Virus record (IMG/VR): IMGVR_UViG_3300009093_000003
Location: 1-64,000 of that record
DNA: 64,000 bases
Source of the DNA: a virus
Strand: one strand, 5' to 3'
How positions within the stretch are numbered: position 1 is the stretch's first letter; every line of letters starts with the position of its first letter. The notes under the pieces were generated by a model that was not told the origin of the DNA, did no database searches, and saw nothing but the letters and a program-made list of their open reading frames with translations. Position numbers and translations under genes: made by a program. Below, in pieces: positions 27,267 to 37,131 of the stretch.

Positions 27267-30200
27267 TTATTTATTTATCTGCATTGCGGGATCGACCACA
27301 ACTGACCTCCCTTTTTCATCAACATTCTTACTTGCAAAGGGCACCCCGCTTTCAAGTTTTTGAATTACATATCTCATCTTCCCTTTTTTAATATTAGGCT
27401 CCCTTTGTTTAGGATCAATAAGTTTAGCAAGTTGCTGCATTGCTGCAGGTTCAACTTCTCCTTTTAATGTTTCTGCACCAAATTTAGTTAAAGCATTTAA
27501 ATTTGTAATGTGCTGTGTCAAGCTAACCAGCCGCTTTATTTCCTCTGCCTGTGGCACACGGTATGCAAGTCCGCTAATCGTTGCCAACCCGGCAGCGCCT
27601 ATAGCATCATCGTGTTTGCCAAACTTAGTTAATAATTGCCTAAAACTTGCGCCAACCTGCGCCGCAAGAAATACCGGGTGCTCGGTTAAAAATTCAGGCA
27701 TCTCTACGCCAAATACCTTTACCTTATTAAAACCAGTCTCTCCAGGTTTTTTTTTATGGCCTGGTTGATAAAACCCGCCAAATGCCTGCGGGTTAAAAAA
27801 GCCAAGCAATAATGCGGCTCCGCCGACGCTGCCTTTTTTTAGATGTTCAAGTATTATATCCGCTTCTTCGGGCTCCAAGTTATCAAATCCCTTTAACATA
27901 GCCCTGCTAAGCCGTGCGATCCCTGATACCGACCCGAATGAGTATTTAGCGCCTTCAAGCACAATATTGGTAGGCACCTTTACAAAAGGTAGTAAAATAC
28001 GAAAGGCGGCTGCTGCTGTTCTTGCTGTAGATGATTTGCTCTTTTCAAGTTTACCAACTGCATTTTCATAAATAGATGATAGTTCGTTGTCGCCCATAAA
28101 AATAGCCCTATCGCCGTCTTTATAAGCACCTAACCTGTTTTGAGCATCAATAACCGGGTCAAGCGGGTCGAGGCCAGCGCGTATCGCCTTTGCCGCACGT
28201 TTGGCATACGACAACTCAAATGCAAAGCGTTTTATCGGAGCTTTTATAGCGCTGTGCAGGTGCCCGAAAAATTCTTTGGCCTCTGACGGCAGGTTAGCGC
28301 CGCGCTCTTTGTATAATGCCGTAAGGTTGCTGCCCCCTTGCGATAGTTCCTGCCACGCATCTTTCATACCTATGGTTGCTGCCCTGGCATACGCCTGCGA
28401 TATGGAACCTACGCTTCCGGTTAAATCCGCGGCTTGTTTCAATTCAGAACGGGATACACTCCCTTCAATTTTTGATAGCTTTGATATTTTTGGCAAAATA
28501 GCCGACCATCCCTTACCAATTGCTTCTGTAAACGGTTTTATACCGGCTGTTACAATACCCGTGGCCGCCAATTTGCCTAATACGGTAACGGAAGCAAGTT
28601 TTGCCTGCCTGCCGTAACGTACGGCTATATCAACCGCTTTCCTGTTCCATGATTTTTTGCTGTTTTCAATATCGTTGATTTTTTTGTTTATCCGTTGCTG
28701 CTCCCGGTTAATTTCAGCCCGGATATTCAAATAATCAACGTCAACTAATATTTTCTTAAAAACTTTTTTCTCATAGTTTTCATCTTTAAGGTTAGCAAGT
28801 TTGGTCTTTTGTAATTTCTTTGCACGGCTAAGCCTTAACTCGTTTTGTTCCCGCAGATAATCATTGAAGCCATCTGCAACCACTGGGATAATATCGTCTT
28901 TAGTTATTCCATCAAGATGATCTTTAAGGTCATTGTAAATTTTATCGGCAACCTGTGCGATAGATATAGCACCATCCAAAACATAGTTTCGCGCCAGCTT
29001 AGTTAACGGCACAATCATTTCAACTGGGATTTTATTAGCCCCGGCAGATGAACGTGCTTTTTTGGCGATTAAATGAAGATCAGCCAATATCCCTTCCCGT
29101 TCTTTGCGCAATGATGCTTTGGTTATCTCCCGTTTTGCATTACGTTCCTCGCTTTCTGCAACCAGCTTAACTTTTGATACGGTTGTTTTATCCTGTAGTT
29201 TACGTATTTCTTCTTCCCGGTCAGCAAGTTTATTTTCCAGCTCCTCAATACGTTTTGTTCGTTTAATCAATTCAGCCTCATCCCTTGCGTCCAATGGCTC
29301 CATATTATTTGCCATCTTTGCCCGCCGCAAGATATTAACCCGCGTATAATCTTCGTCAAGCGCCCCCTGGCGGTCGCCCAACGCCCGGCCTGTTTCGTTA
29401 CCGGCTATTTCGGTTGCCTGCCTGTTTAGTTCAATTAAATCCTCATTACGGGCATACTCAATTTGATTATTGGCAATATTATCAGGATTACTCTCACTAT
29501 CTTTAAATAAAGCCCGTTGTTTAGCGTTTAACTTTGCTTTATGATAACGTAACGCAGATTGCTCCTCGGCGGTTATGGGACGTGGATTATCAATCAAATC
29601 TTTCGCAAATTTATCGGGGTTCATATCGCCGCTATCCACAAGGCGCTTGCCTTCCGCTTCTATTTCCTCACGGGTTTTATGTGTCCTGTCAATGCTTTTA
29701 CCGCGCTCCGCCTCAACATCAGCATTCCTCACCCCGGTTGGCTCACTCGTTTCTATTTTTGAAATATCTTCGGGCTTACCACCTGATTTTTCCCATAGGT
29801 GCTGTAAATGTTCGCGTATCTTTTCGCCAACCTCATCGATAAGCGTTTTGGCAAATTGTTTAAACTCACCTTTGGCCTCTTTAAAAATAAGTCCGGCATA
29901 CTCATAAAATTCTTTATCAAACAATTCCTTTCCGGGAACGCCGGTACGAAAAGTGCCGCTAAACTTTTTACGCAGTTCTACGCGCCGTGCTTCTTCGTCG
30001 GCTGTAAGGATTGGCTTATCCGGTTTCTTAAAAGTTGCTTTGCTCTTTGGGCTTTTGCCTCTTTCAGCGCTTTCGCCTGGTGGATCTTTTCCAGCATTTC
30101 CAACGCCGTCATTTTCGGGTTGTTGAATAGCTTTCTCATCAGTTGAAGCTTTCGCAGGTTTTTGGCTGCCGCTGTTTCGTTCTTCGTGTTCATCTTTCAG

Positions 30201-32690
30201 GTCTTGAATAGATATTCCATGTTCATTTTTTAAAATAGTGTTCAGTTCTGAATGTTCGGCAAGTGGTAGTTTAGAAAGTTTGCCGGTTTCTTCCGCGGTT
30301 AAACCAGCATCACGGGGAAAAAGGTCTGTCCCGGACTTAATCGCTTTTCGTGTTTCTAAACGGGCTTTAACTGCGTCGATATATTTTTTACCGTCTTCGC
30401 TTAAATAATTGTTCCCGTCATATTCGTGTAAATAACCTTTTTTAACTAAGTTTTTGTACGCACCCTTTAGCATGGGTGGTACATCCTCTATGTTTATAGA
30501 GTTAACTGTTCGCCCATCCAATCCAACTTCTTTTTCATCATCTTTCTCAAACGGATCAAAAGCAGGCTTGTCTTTAAATTGCGAAAATAAAATTTCGCCA
30601 TCACTATCTTTCAACCCGTATTTAGCTGAAAGCTCGTTTGATGCTATTTTTTGATTTGCCTTGATTTGTTTGTTTGGCGTAATACCCGGTTCAGTTTTGG
30701 CCTCCCCGGATTTTACTTTCAGTACCCCTTTTTCATCTTTTTGATCTTCTTCATTTCCTTTTTGGGCATCTTGGCCGCTTTGGGCTTCTTCTCCTTTTTT
30801 GGAGCCATCATTTTTGCTTTCATCGCTTTTTGGATTAGTTATTTGATTATTCGTAGTTTCTTCATCAGGCTTGTTACCAGCCACCGCCGCGCCTCCGGGT
30901 GCATTCTCCTGTGGTTGGTCAGGTAATGGTTTCGCATCAGGTGCACTATTTTGGGTTGCCGCAGCATCACGCTCGGTTTTTTCAAGGTCATATCTGCTTT
31001 GTGTAATTTCTTCGCTTTTGCCATTTACTGTTTTAAAAAATAGACCTTCATCATCTCCCGTTCCTTTGCTATAGGTCATTTTGCTGCCCGTAGCCAAGTC
31101 TTTCAACTTGTCGTTAGCTTGTTCTATCTTATCGGTTAATAGTTGCTCCTGTGGTGTTATTTGCTCCTGGAAAGCCGGGTCAAGCGCCTGGCGTTGCTTT
31201 TGTACCTCATTCAACTGCTTTTGCAAGTCATTACGCCCTATAACAAGTTCAACCGCTTTATTAGCTTTTTCAGGCGGTAATCCCTTTGGTAACACTTTGG
31301 TCACTTTAGCCAGTTCATCAACATGGGCATTCGTAGCCTGTATTTCTTCCGGCGACCAGCCTTGTTGCTGCCCCTGTTGCGCAATAAATTCTTTGGTTTT
31401 AGCCACGTTCTCATCACTGCTGTCATGCAGTAAATTATCAACCACCGCATTTTTATACTGGCTAAACGGCGTTAACTTGGTTATGTCGCCTATCGAGCCT
31501 GCCGCGCCGAACATCGCACCCGTCTTTATTACATTGCCCAACCCCTCAACCAAATTACCAGGCGTCTCATTAAACACCGGCTGATCGGTAGTAGCGTCAA
31601 CGCCTTTTTTAAGGGCGAAGTCTGCAACATTCAAAGCACCCAAGTTAACTATGGCATGTTGTGTGTTTTTAAGATAATTTGTACCCGCTTGCAATGCTTT
31701 ATCCTGCCAATCTTTTGCGCCTTTTTTTAACAGGTCGGTAAATCCCTGTGCCGTTATTTCTTTGCCAGCCGCCTCTTTTATGGCATTGGCTGTTATTTCT
31801 GAAACCACATCGTTTTTTAAGCCGGTACCCAATGATTTGAAAATACTACTACCAGCTTCGCCCATTAAAAAACCGTTCACCGCCCCCGTGCCTAAGATAA
31901 AAGCGTTTTTAACAACGGGGTTGATTTTTGCTCCATTCGCTTCGGCTTTGTCCATTGTCTCTTTGCCCTGTCCCATCCCCTGCAAATATAGCGTTGCTCC
32001 GCCTGTACCCTCTGCCGCGGCCATGGCTGGGATATATTCGGCAAGTCCCCCTAAGTTCGACATCACCTTACTATCCTCAACCCGTGCTTGGTCACCTTTC
32101 GACAAAAAATCAGTTGCTGTATCGGCTTTTTTAAAGGCATTATCAAAATCGTGCGTATCCGTAAAGCCTAATCCTGCCTGTGCGTTTTTACCCAACTGTG
32201 CAAGATAGGCCGCGCCCTTAACAACCTGTAACGCACCTTTGGTGGCTTTTTGGGCAATATACTTTGTGGTGTTTACAACTTTGCCAATCGGGGTTTGAGA
32301 ATAGGCGTATGCCTCTTGTTCTGCTTTTGGCGTAGCAACAATACTTTCGGCATCGTGCGCTTGCTGCACCTGCTGATTATGGCTGTTTAACGCTGTTTGT
32401 TCTTGTGGCGACAAACTTTTCCAATAAGCCTGTAAAGATGGGTCAACCGGGATATTTTGGGAATGATTTGAGCCACTGGCAGATTGCTCGGCACCACGCT
32501 GCACATCTTCTAAGGCTTTCTTTTGCTGAATATCCTGTGCAGTAGGTTGATAGCCATGCGTAAAATCGACCGATTGTTGTTTTTTTTTTGGCGATAACAA
32601 TCCTAATGGGTCGGATTGCTTCGCCGGTGGTTTTAGTATCCCTAACGGGTCTTTAACTGGTGGGTCTTGTGTAGTTACGCCGCCGTCCAT
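27267..32690 (-). CDS. large internal virion / ejection protein (1807 aa)
   Basis: Size, helical Ala/Gly/Lys-rich composition, PFVKVPTN motif, position after two smaller ejection-type genes. Confidence 0.7.
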   Translation of the reverse strand: MDGGVTTQDPPVKDPLGILKPPAKQSDPLGLLSPKKKQQSVDFTHGYQPTAQDIQQKKALEDVQRGAEQSASGSNHSQNIPVDPSLQAYWKSLSPQEQTALNSHNQQVQQAHDAESIVATPKAEQEAYAYSQTPIGKVVNTTKYIAQKATKGALQVVKGAAYLAQLGKNAQAGLGFTDTHDFDNAFKKADTATDFLSKGDQARVEDSKVMSNLGGLAEYIPAMAAAEGTGGATLYLQGMGQGKETMDKAEANGAKINPVVKNAFILGTGAVNGFLMGEAGSSIFKSLGTGLKNDVVSEITANAIKEAAGKEITAQGFTDLLKKGAKDWQDKALQAGTNYLKNTQHAIVNLGALNVADFALKKGVDATTDQPVFNETPGNLVEGLGNVIKTGAMFGAAGSIGDITKLTPFSQYKNAVVDNLLHDSSDENVAKTKEFIAQQGQQQGWSPEEIQATNAHVDELAKVTKVLPKGLPPEKANKAVELVIGRNDLQKQLNEVQKQRQALDPAFQEQITPQEQLLTDKIEQANDKLKDLATGSKMTYSKGTGDDEGLFFKTVNGKSEEITQSRYDLEKTERDAAATQNSAPDAKPLPDQPQENAPGGAAVAGNKPDEETTNNQITNPKSDESKNDGSKKGEEAQSGQDAQKGNEEDQKDEKGVLKVKSGEAKTEPGITPNKQIKANQKIASNELSAKYGLKDSDGEILFSQFKDKPAFDPFEKDDEKEVGLDGRTVNSINIEDVPPMLKGAYKNLVKKGYLHEYDGNNYLSEDGKKYIDAVKARLETRKAIKSGTDLFPRDAGLTAEETGKLSKLPLAEHSELNTILKNEHGISIQDLKDEHEERNSGSQKPAKASTDEKAIQQPENDGVGNAGKDPPGESAERGKSPKSKATFKKPDKPILTADEEARRVELRKKFSGTFRTGVPGKELFDKEFYEYAGLIFKEAKGEFKQFAKTLIDEVGEKIREHLQHLWEKSGGKPEDISKIETSEPTGVRNADVEAERGKSIDRTHKTREEIEAEGKRLVDSGDMNPDKFAKDLIDNPRPITAEEQSALRYHKAKLNAKQRALFKDSESNPDNIANNQIEYARNEDLIELNRQATEIAGNETGRALGDRQGALDEDYTRVNILRRAKMANNMEPLDARDEAELIKRTKRIEELENKLADREEEIRKLQDKTTVSKVKLVAESEERNAKREITKASLRKEREGILADLHLIAKKARSSAGANKIPVEMIVPLTKLARNYVLDGAISIAQVADKIYNDLKDHLDGITKDDIIPVVADGFNDYLREQNELRLSRAKKLQKTKLANLKDENYEKKVFKKILVDVDYLNIRAEINREQQRINKKINDIENSKKSWNRKAVDIAVRYGRQAKLASVTVLGKLAATGIVTAGIKPFTEAIGKGWSAILPKISKLSKIEGSVSRSELKQAADLTGSVGSISQAYARAATIGMKDAWQELSQGGSNLTALYKERGANLPSEAKEFFGHLHSAIKAPIKRFAFELSYAKRAAKAIRAGLDPLDPVIDAQNRLGAYKDGDRAIFMGDNELSSIYENAVGKLEKSKSSTARTAAAAFRILLPFVKVPTNIVLEGAKYSFGSVSGIARLSRAMLKGFDNLEPEEADIILEHLKKGSVGGAALLLGFFNPQAFGGFYQPGHKKKPGETGFNKVKVFGVEMPEFLTEHPVFLAAQVGASFRQLLTKFGKHDDAIGAAGLATISGLAYRVPQAEEIKRLVSLTQHITNLNALTKFGAETLKGEVEPAAMQQLAKLIDPKQREPNIKKGKMRYVIQKLESGVPFASKNVDEKGRSVVVDPAMQINK

Positions 32691-32691
32691 G

Positions 32692-34110
32692 TTATTTTAA
32701 AGTGCCTAATTTTTTTGCTTCTTCAATTTGTTGTTCCGTATAGCCCATTTTTAATAAGTCTTTATGGGAATATGATTTGCCGTCAGTCGCTTTATAAGTT
32801 TGATTTACCGGCACTCCAACATGCTTTTTCCCGCCAGGTGTTTCCAATGCTGAAATATCCACCTTTTCGCCGGTCACCTCATTTATCATTTCATTCAGTT
32901 TGATTTTGGCGTTTTTGTCTTTAGGGTCAATCCAAACAGTTCTTGCCGGAGCTGTTTCTACCCACGCGCTGTTAGCGTTATCCCACTTTCTTTTAGGCGG
33001 GATAGTAAAGGCTATTTGACCTGCTACATTTCTGCCTGTCCCCTTTTCGATCTTTAAATTTCCTGCATACGATGGATCTGCCGCTATTTTAGCCTGCAAT
33101 TGCTCACCGCTTTCAAGAACGCCGTCTAAAATGTCGCCTACAAGTTTTTGCCTGTAGGTCGGCGTGTTAGATTGCCCGGCAACATCGTTTTTAACCGGCC
33201 ACGTTCCGTACTTATTGTAATACTGTATATCGTCGAACGACGGCCTTACCGGGTCCTGCGGTTTGTACCCCTCAACCTCCCTCGTCTTTGGCTTGTCGTA
33301 AAAGCCTTTGTCATCCCCCCTTGCAATCATATCCTGCCTCACGCGCAATGCCAATGTCGTTTTTGGGTCATCTGTAACGATCTGCGGGTATTTGTCATGT
33401 AAATACTTTTGATAGTTAGCATCGGCTGTGGCATAGTTCAATGTATGCTCATAAGCGTCCTGAAACGGCACAATTCTATTTTGAGTAAGCGTGGCCATCT
33501 TCTTGCCCAAAATGTTCTGTACGGGGCTTAAAACACCGTTATCGTAGGTAACGCTTGATCCCTTTAATATCATATCCTTGTGTTTCTGATATTCAGCATC
33601 TATTTTAGCGGGATCAACGCCTCTTTCAAAACCGGTCACATCTTTAATAGTTCCCGGATCATCCCACGGTTTTTGCATTTGCGACTTTAACTGCTGCGCC
33701 GAATTGTCGTCAAGCATATACGGGTTTTTGAAATGCTCCATAGCTACCTGTCGTTCAAAAACGCCTTGTTTCTTACTCCCCTCTGCCCATGCGCCCAAAT
33801 CAGTTAACTGTTGCCTTACCTGCGCCAGCGCCAATGCTTTTTTAGTCGGGTCTTTTTCGTTTTCAGCCTGGATAGCTGAAGTTTTTATATCACCATATTT
33901 TTTGAGGTATTGTTGCCGGTCGGCATCATTACGCAATACAGTAGGGTCATAGCCTTTGGCAAGTTCATCCCCCAACATCTTTACTTCCTGGTCATGCTTT
34001 GCCTGACGTTGCGCCAGTATTTGCCCGTACTGCTGAATAGCAGGATGTGGGTCGAACACCTGGGCTGCCCCCTCACCAATGCCGATATCAAGTCTTCCTA
34101 CGCCCGGCAT
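32692..34110 (-). CDS. internal virion / ejection protein
   Basis: Gln-rich helical protein; start ATG 34107 or upstream. Confidence 0.6.
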   Translation of the reverse strand: MPGVGRLDIGIGEGAAQVFDPHPAIQQYGQILAQRQAKHDQEVKMLGDELAKGYDPTVLRNDADRQQYLKKYGDIKTSAIQAENEKDPTKKALALAQVRQQLTDLGAWAEGSKKQGVFERQVAMEHFKNPYMLDDNSAQQLKSQMQKPWDDPGTIKDVTGFERGVDPAKIDAEYQKHKDMILKGSSVTYDNGVLSPVQNILGKKMATLTQNRIVPFQDAYEHTLNYATADANYQKYLHDKYPQIVTDDPKTTLALRVRQDMIARGDDKGFYDKPKTREVEGYKPQDPVRPSFDDIQYYNKYGTWPVKNDVAGQSNTPTYRQKLVGDILDGVLESGEQLQAKIAADPSYAGNLKIEKGTGRNVAGQIAFTIPPKRKWDNANSAWVETAPARTVWIDPKDKNAKIKLNEMINEVTGEKVDISALETPGGKKHVGVPVNQTYKATDGKSYSHKDLLKMGYTEQQIEEAKKLGTLK

Positions 34111-34835
34111 TATATTAATGGTTGATAAAGTGACTGATCTACGCCGTTCCATTGCTTAAACATCCCCGGATAGGGAACAGGCGAAGCGCCACCGAACGGA
34201 TTAGGCGGGGTTGCATTTATATTAGGTGAGCTTGGGTTTGTCGCTGCAATAGGGTCAAGATTATACCGCTGCCCCATTGTTTGAGACGGGTTATTGGCTT
34301 TATAGTTAAGAACCGTTTCACCCAATTGCTGCGCACCGCCTGCTAAATTATTGAAGTTTTGCATCGAAGCGCCACGGTATGCCTGCATTTGATTAAAATC
34401 GCGCGTAAACTTGTCAAAAACATCACTTTGTTGTTTTTGTAGTTCCTGCCCGGCCAACTTCTCATTTTCATTGATAAAGTAACGCTGGTTGGTTTGTCGC
34501 GCCTGTGCGTCCTCTGCGTCCAGCTTGGCTTTCGCTTGGTTACCCTGCCTGTTGATAGCAGCAATAGCGCCACCCGGATTATTGCTGTTTTGCGCCGCTG
34601 CTATGGCTGCAGCCTCGCTTTGATTGATATTACCAACCGCGTTATTATACTGCTGCTGTGGTATCCCTAATTGCGCCATTTGCCTCGCTATCTCACGATT
34701 TTCAAAAAACTCACGGGGTATATTATAAACAGGGTCTTTAGGTTTAATAGCGTTTGCCTTCGCATTTTGCGCAATTCCTTCTCCCGCATTTAGCAGGAGT
34801 CCGGCACCGCCTATTATCAAGCCACCGAGGGGCAT
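34110..34835 (-). CDS. small ejection (pilot) protein
   Basis: N-terminal MPLGGLIIGGAGLLL then Gln/Ala-rich helices. Confidence 0.65.
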   Translation of the reverse strand: MPLGGLIIGGAGLLLNAGEGIAQNAKANAIKPKDPVYNIPREFFENREIARQMAQLGIPQQQYNNAVGNINQSEAAAIAAAQNSNNPGGAIAAINRQGNQAKAKLDAEDAQARQTNQRYFINENEKLAGQELQKQQSDVFDKFTRDFNQMQAYRGASMQNFNNLAGGAQQLGETVLNYKANNPSQTMGQRYNLDPIAATNPSSPNINATPPNPFGGASPVPYPGMFKQWNGVDQSLYQPLI

Positions 34836-34847
34836 CGTAATAATTGT

Positions 34848-35237
34848 TTAAATGGTTAATAGTGTTAAATTTTCCTTAACTGTCATTCCCTGTTTTATCA
34901 GGTGATCTATTGCCCGGTTATTTTTGCCATGCAATATGCACTCAAACTTAGGCATAATTTTTAATATTTCAGAAAACCATAATTTTAGTATCTCCGGCGT
35001 ACGGTATTCAACGTTTATCCCGAAGCTGTAAAGCAACCCGGTCGATAGTACGGTAAACCCAAAATCACCTACTTTATAACATACCAATGGCATCATTTCG
35101 CTTGTCTTGCAAATCTCATCAAACGTATGCCAGGCAAAATCTTTATCCGAAATATGGTACTTTGGCAACTCAACATCACCGTCAAAGGCTTTTAAAATAA
35201 AAGGCAACAATTCTTCAACGGGGATTTGGGTCAGCAT
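34848..35237 (-). CDS. GNAT-fold-like virion assembly protein (T7 gp13-like position)
   Basis: LYSFGINVEYR...KNNRAIDHLIKQG; located just before the ejection genes. Confidence 0.55.
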   Translation of the reverse strand: MLTQIPVEELLPFILKAFDGDVELPKYHISDKDFAWHTFDEICKTSEMMPLVCYKVGDFGFTVLSTGLLYSFGINVEYRTPEILKLWFSEILKIMPKFECILHGKNNRAIDHLIKQGMTVKENLTLLTI

Positions 35238-35731
35238 TATTGTTTTTGTTTAATCGCGGATACCGCTTGTGATAATCTGAAATTAGGGTCATTAGATGCT
35301 TGTGACATTACCTTTTCCCTTGCTATAAGTGCTTTTACATAATCCCCATCATCGGGGCCGAATACAGGAACCTCTCCGGGCCTGCTAACCGCTCTCTTTA
35401 AAATGTCCTGTACCCGTGGGTCGTTCTGGTACTTAGCCTGTATAATAGCTACGTCCAATCCCGGTATGTTTTGCCCATTCCCATAATGCCCATAATATTG
35501 ATGAAAAACAATTGGATTGGTTAGCGGGTGCGCCCAGCCACCAACATAATCAGCATAGGCATCAAAGTCTTTCCATGCGTACCCGTTTTTATTGGCTTGC
35601 TCAAATTCCTGCCGGGTTATTCGTGCGCCGTGTTTCCCAATCACCACATCAGGGTCATTGGTTTTAGTGTAGTTTGGCGATATGGGGTCTCCCGTTACTG
35701 GCATAATTATCCTTCTACTTTTTTGAACCAA
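35237..35731 (-). CDS. hypothetical protein
   Basis: 164 aa ORF. Confidence 0.65.
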   Translation of the reverse strand: MVQKSRRIIMPVTGDPISPNYTKTNDPDVVIGKHGARITRQEFEQANKNGYAWKDFDAYADYVGGWAHPLTNPIVFHQYYGHYGNGQNIPGLDVAIIQAKYQNDPRVQDILKRAVSRPGEVPVFGPDDGDYVKALIAREKVMSQASNDPNFRLSQAVSAIKQKQ

Positions 35732-36164
35732 AGGTCACTACTTTGGATATATCGACACCCATATCAATAGCAATACAAAATTTTATTTCATCAATAATTT
35801 GCTTGCGAATTTTATCATCAAGTTCTTTTTTGTTAGATTGGATGGTACTGCGATATTCACGGAAAGCTGTATTTTGGTTTATATCCGGGTTACACATATT
35901 TAATACGCCAATATGACGATAAACAGGGTTTTTTATTGTTTTAACCGTCATAAGAGAAGTGCCGTCATTATTTAGTTTTAAAAAACCAATTCTAACGCAA
36001 TCATTAGGTAGTTCATTATCGCTTGATAAATCTTCTGTCTCTGATATAATTTCACTGCCCTCTCCTTCGTGTGGAGTTGAAAAAAAGTAAATACATTCCT
36101 CAAAGCTTAACGCTTTCAGGTCTGTGTACCCAACGGATTTTGTGCAATTTTCTGTGTATGGCAT
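35715..36164 (-). CDS. hypothetical protein (AT-rich insert)
   Basis: 149 aa ORF. Confidence 0.6.
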   Translation of the reverse strand: MPYTENCTKSVGYTDLKALSFEECIYFFSTPHEGEGSEIISETEDLSSDNELPNDCVRIGFLKLNNDGTSLMTVKTIKNPVYRHIGVLNMCNPDINQNTAFREYRSTIQSNKKELDDKIRKQIIDEIKFCIAIDMGVDISKVVTFGSKK

Positions 36165-36179
36165 GATTTTTAAATTAGT

Positions 36180-37130
36180 TTATAAAGGCCTCGAACCCAA
36201 AAATACTGGTTTGCTGCGCACCGATATTGAAAACAAAGTTAATGGAGTTGAGCCATTAAAAGTAATTAATTCAATTATAATGAAAGAACCCCTAAGTCCG
36301 ACGCCATTTGTAATTCCACCATTATCATTTTCATCTCCTAAAAACGAAGCGGAATAAACCCCATCATTTTGGTAGGATATAACTTCTAAACCGCCGTCCT
36401 GTAGTTTTTGCTTTATAAAGTCTGTATCAATCAATGTGCTTATTTGGCCTAAACTTGTCTGCACACCGTCTTCGGTGGTAATCAACAATTGATTTGCCTG
36501 GTAGGTCAATGCCTCAAAATCTTTTACGATCTGCGGGTCTTTGGCCTCGACAAATTTTATTGAGCTCTGAAATTGTGTGCCAAAAAAGTTATTGGTACTG
36601 CCCGATTGGTCGCCGTTGTCAAATGCCCATAAAGCGCCGTTGTTAGCAACTATCGTTCTTGTGTACAATGACCATCCGAAATCAGGATAAAACGTGCGCG
36701 TATCGCTCCATATAGCCATACCGCGCTTTGCTGAATTGGTTGCTGAATAAACAATGGTAGTGCCGGGATTGCTTGAAACTGGTTTTACGTTGAAAAAAGC
36801 GATCACACAATTGGCATCCGAATAAAACTGTAAATTTCCGTCTGATAACGGTGTAATATTTTCTACGTACAACCCTGCTGTTGTCCTGGGAACTATTGTA
36901 GCGCCCGGCGCCACCAACTCTACTTCACCACCACCCGATATGGATTGAACAATAAAACTTACCTGGTATTCCTGACCAGTTTTTACAGGATAGCTTTCAA
37001 GTGTAATATAACCCCCGTTGCACGATGAATGTACCGCTGTTCCATCGCCAGGAACAGACCAACCTGTATCATTGGCTGCAACCAGCAAATTAACTTGTAT
37101 CGGAGTATTTTCTAACGCGCTGTATGACAT
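36180..37130 (-). CDS. tail protein (muzzle C-terminal-like part)
   Basis: ATG 37130 (MSYSALEN); NNFFGTQFQSSI..VKDFEALTY..GLRGSFIIIEL resembles the end of crAss-type stabilization proteins. Confidence 0.65.
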   Translation of the reverse strand: MSYSALENTPIQVNLLVAANDTGWSVPGDGTAVHSSCNGGYITLESYPVKTGQEYQVSFIVQSISGGGEVELVAPGATIVPRTTAGLYVENITPLSDGNLQFYSDANCVIAFFNVKPVSSNPGTTIVYSATNSAKRGMAIWSDTRTFYPDFGWSLYTRTIVANNGALWAFDNGDQSGSTNNFFGTQFQSSIKFVEAKDPQIVKDFEALTYQANQLLITTEDGVQTSLGQISTLIDTDFIKQKLQDGGLEVISYQNDGVYSASFLGDENDNGGITNGVGLRGSFIIIELITFNGSTPLTLFSISVRSKPVFLGSRPL

Positions 37131-37131
37131 A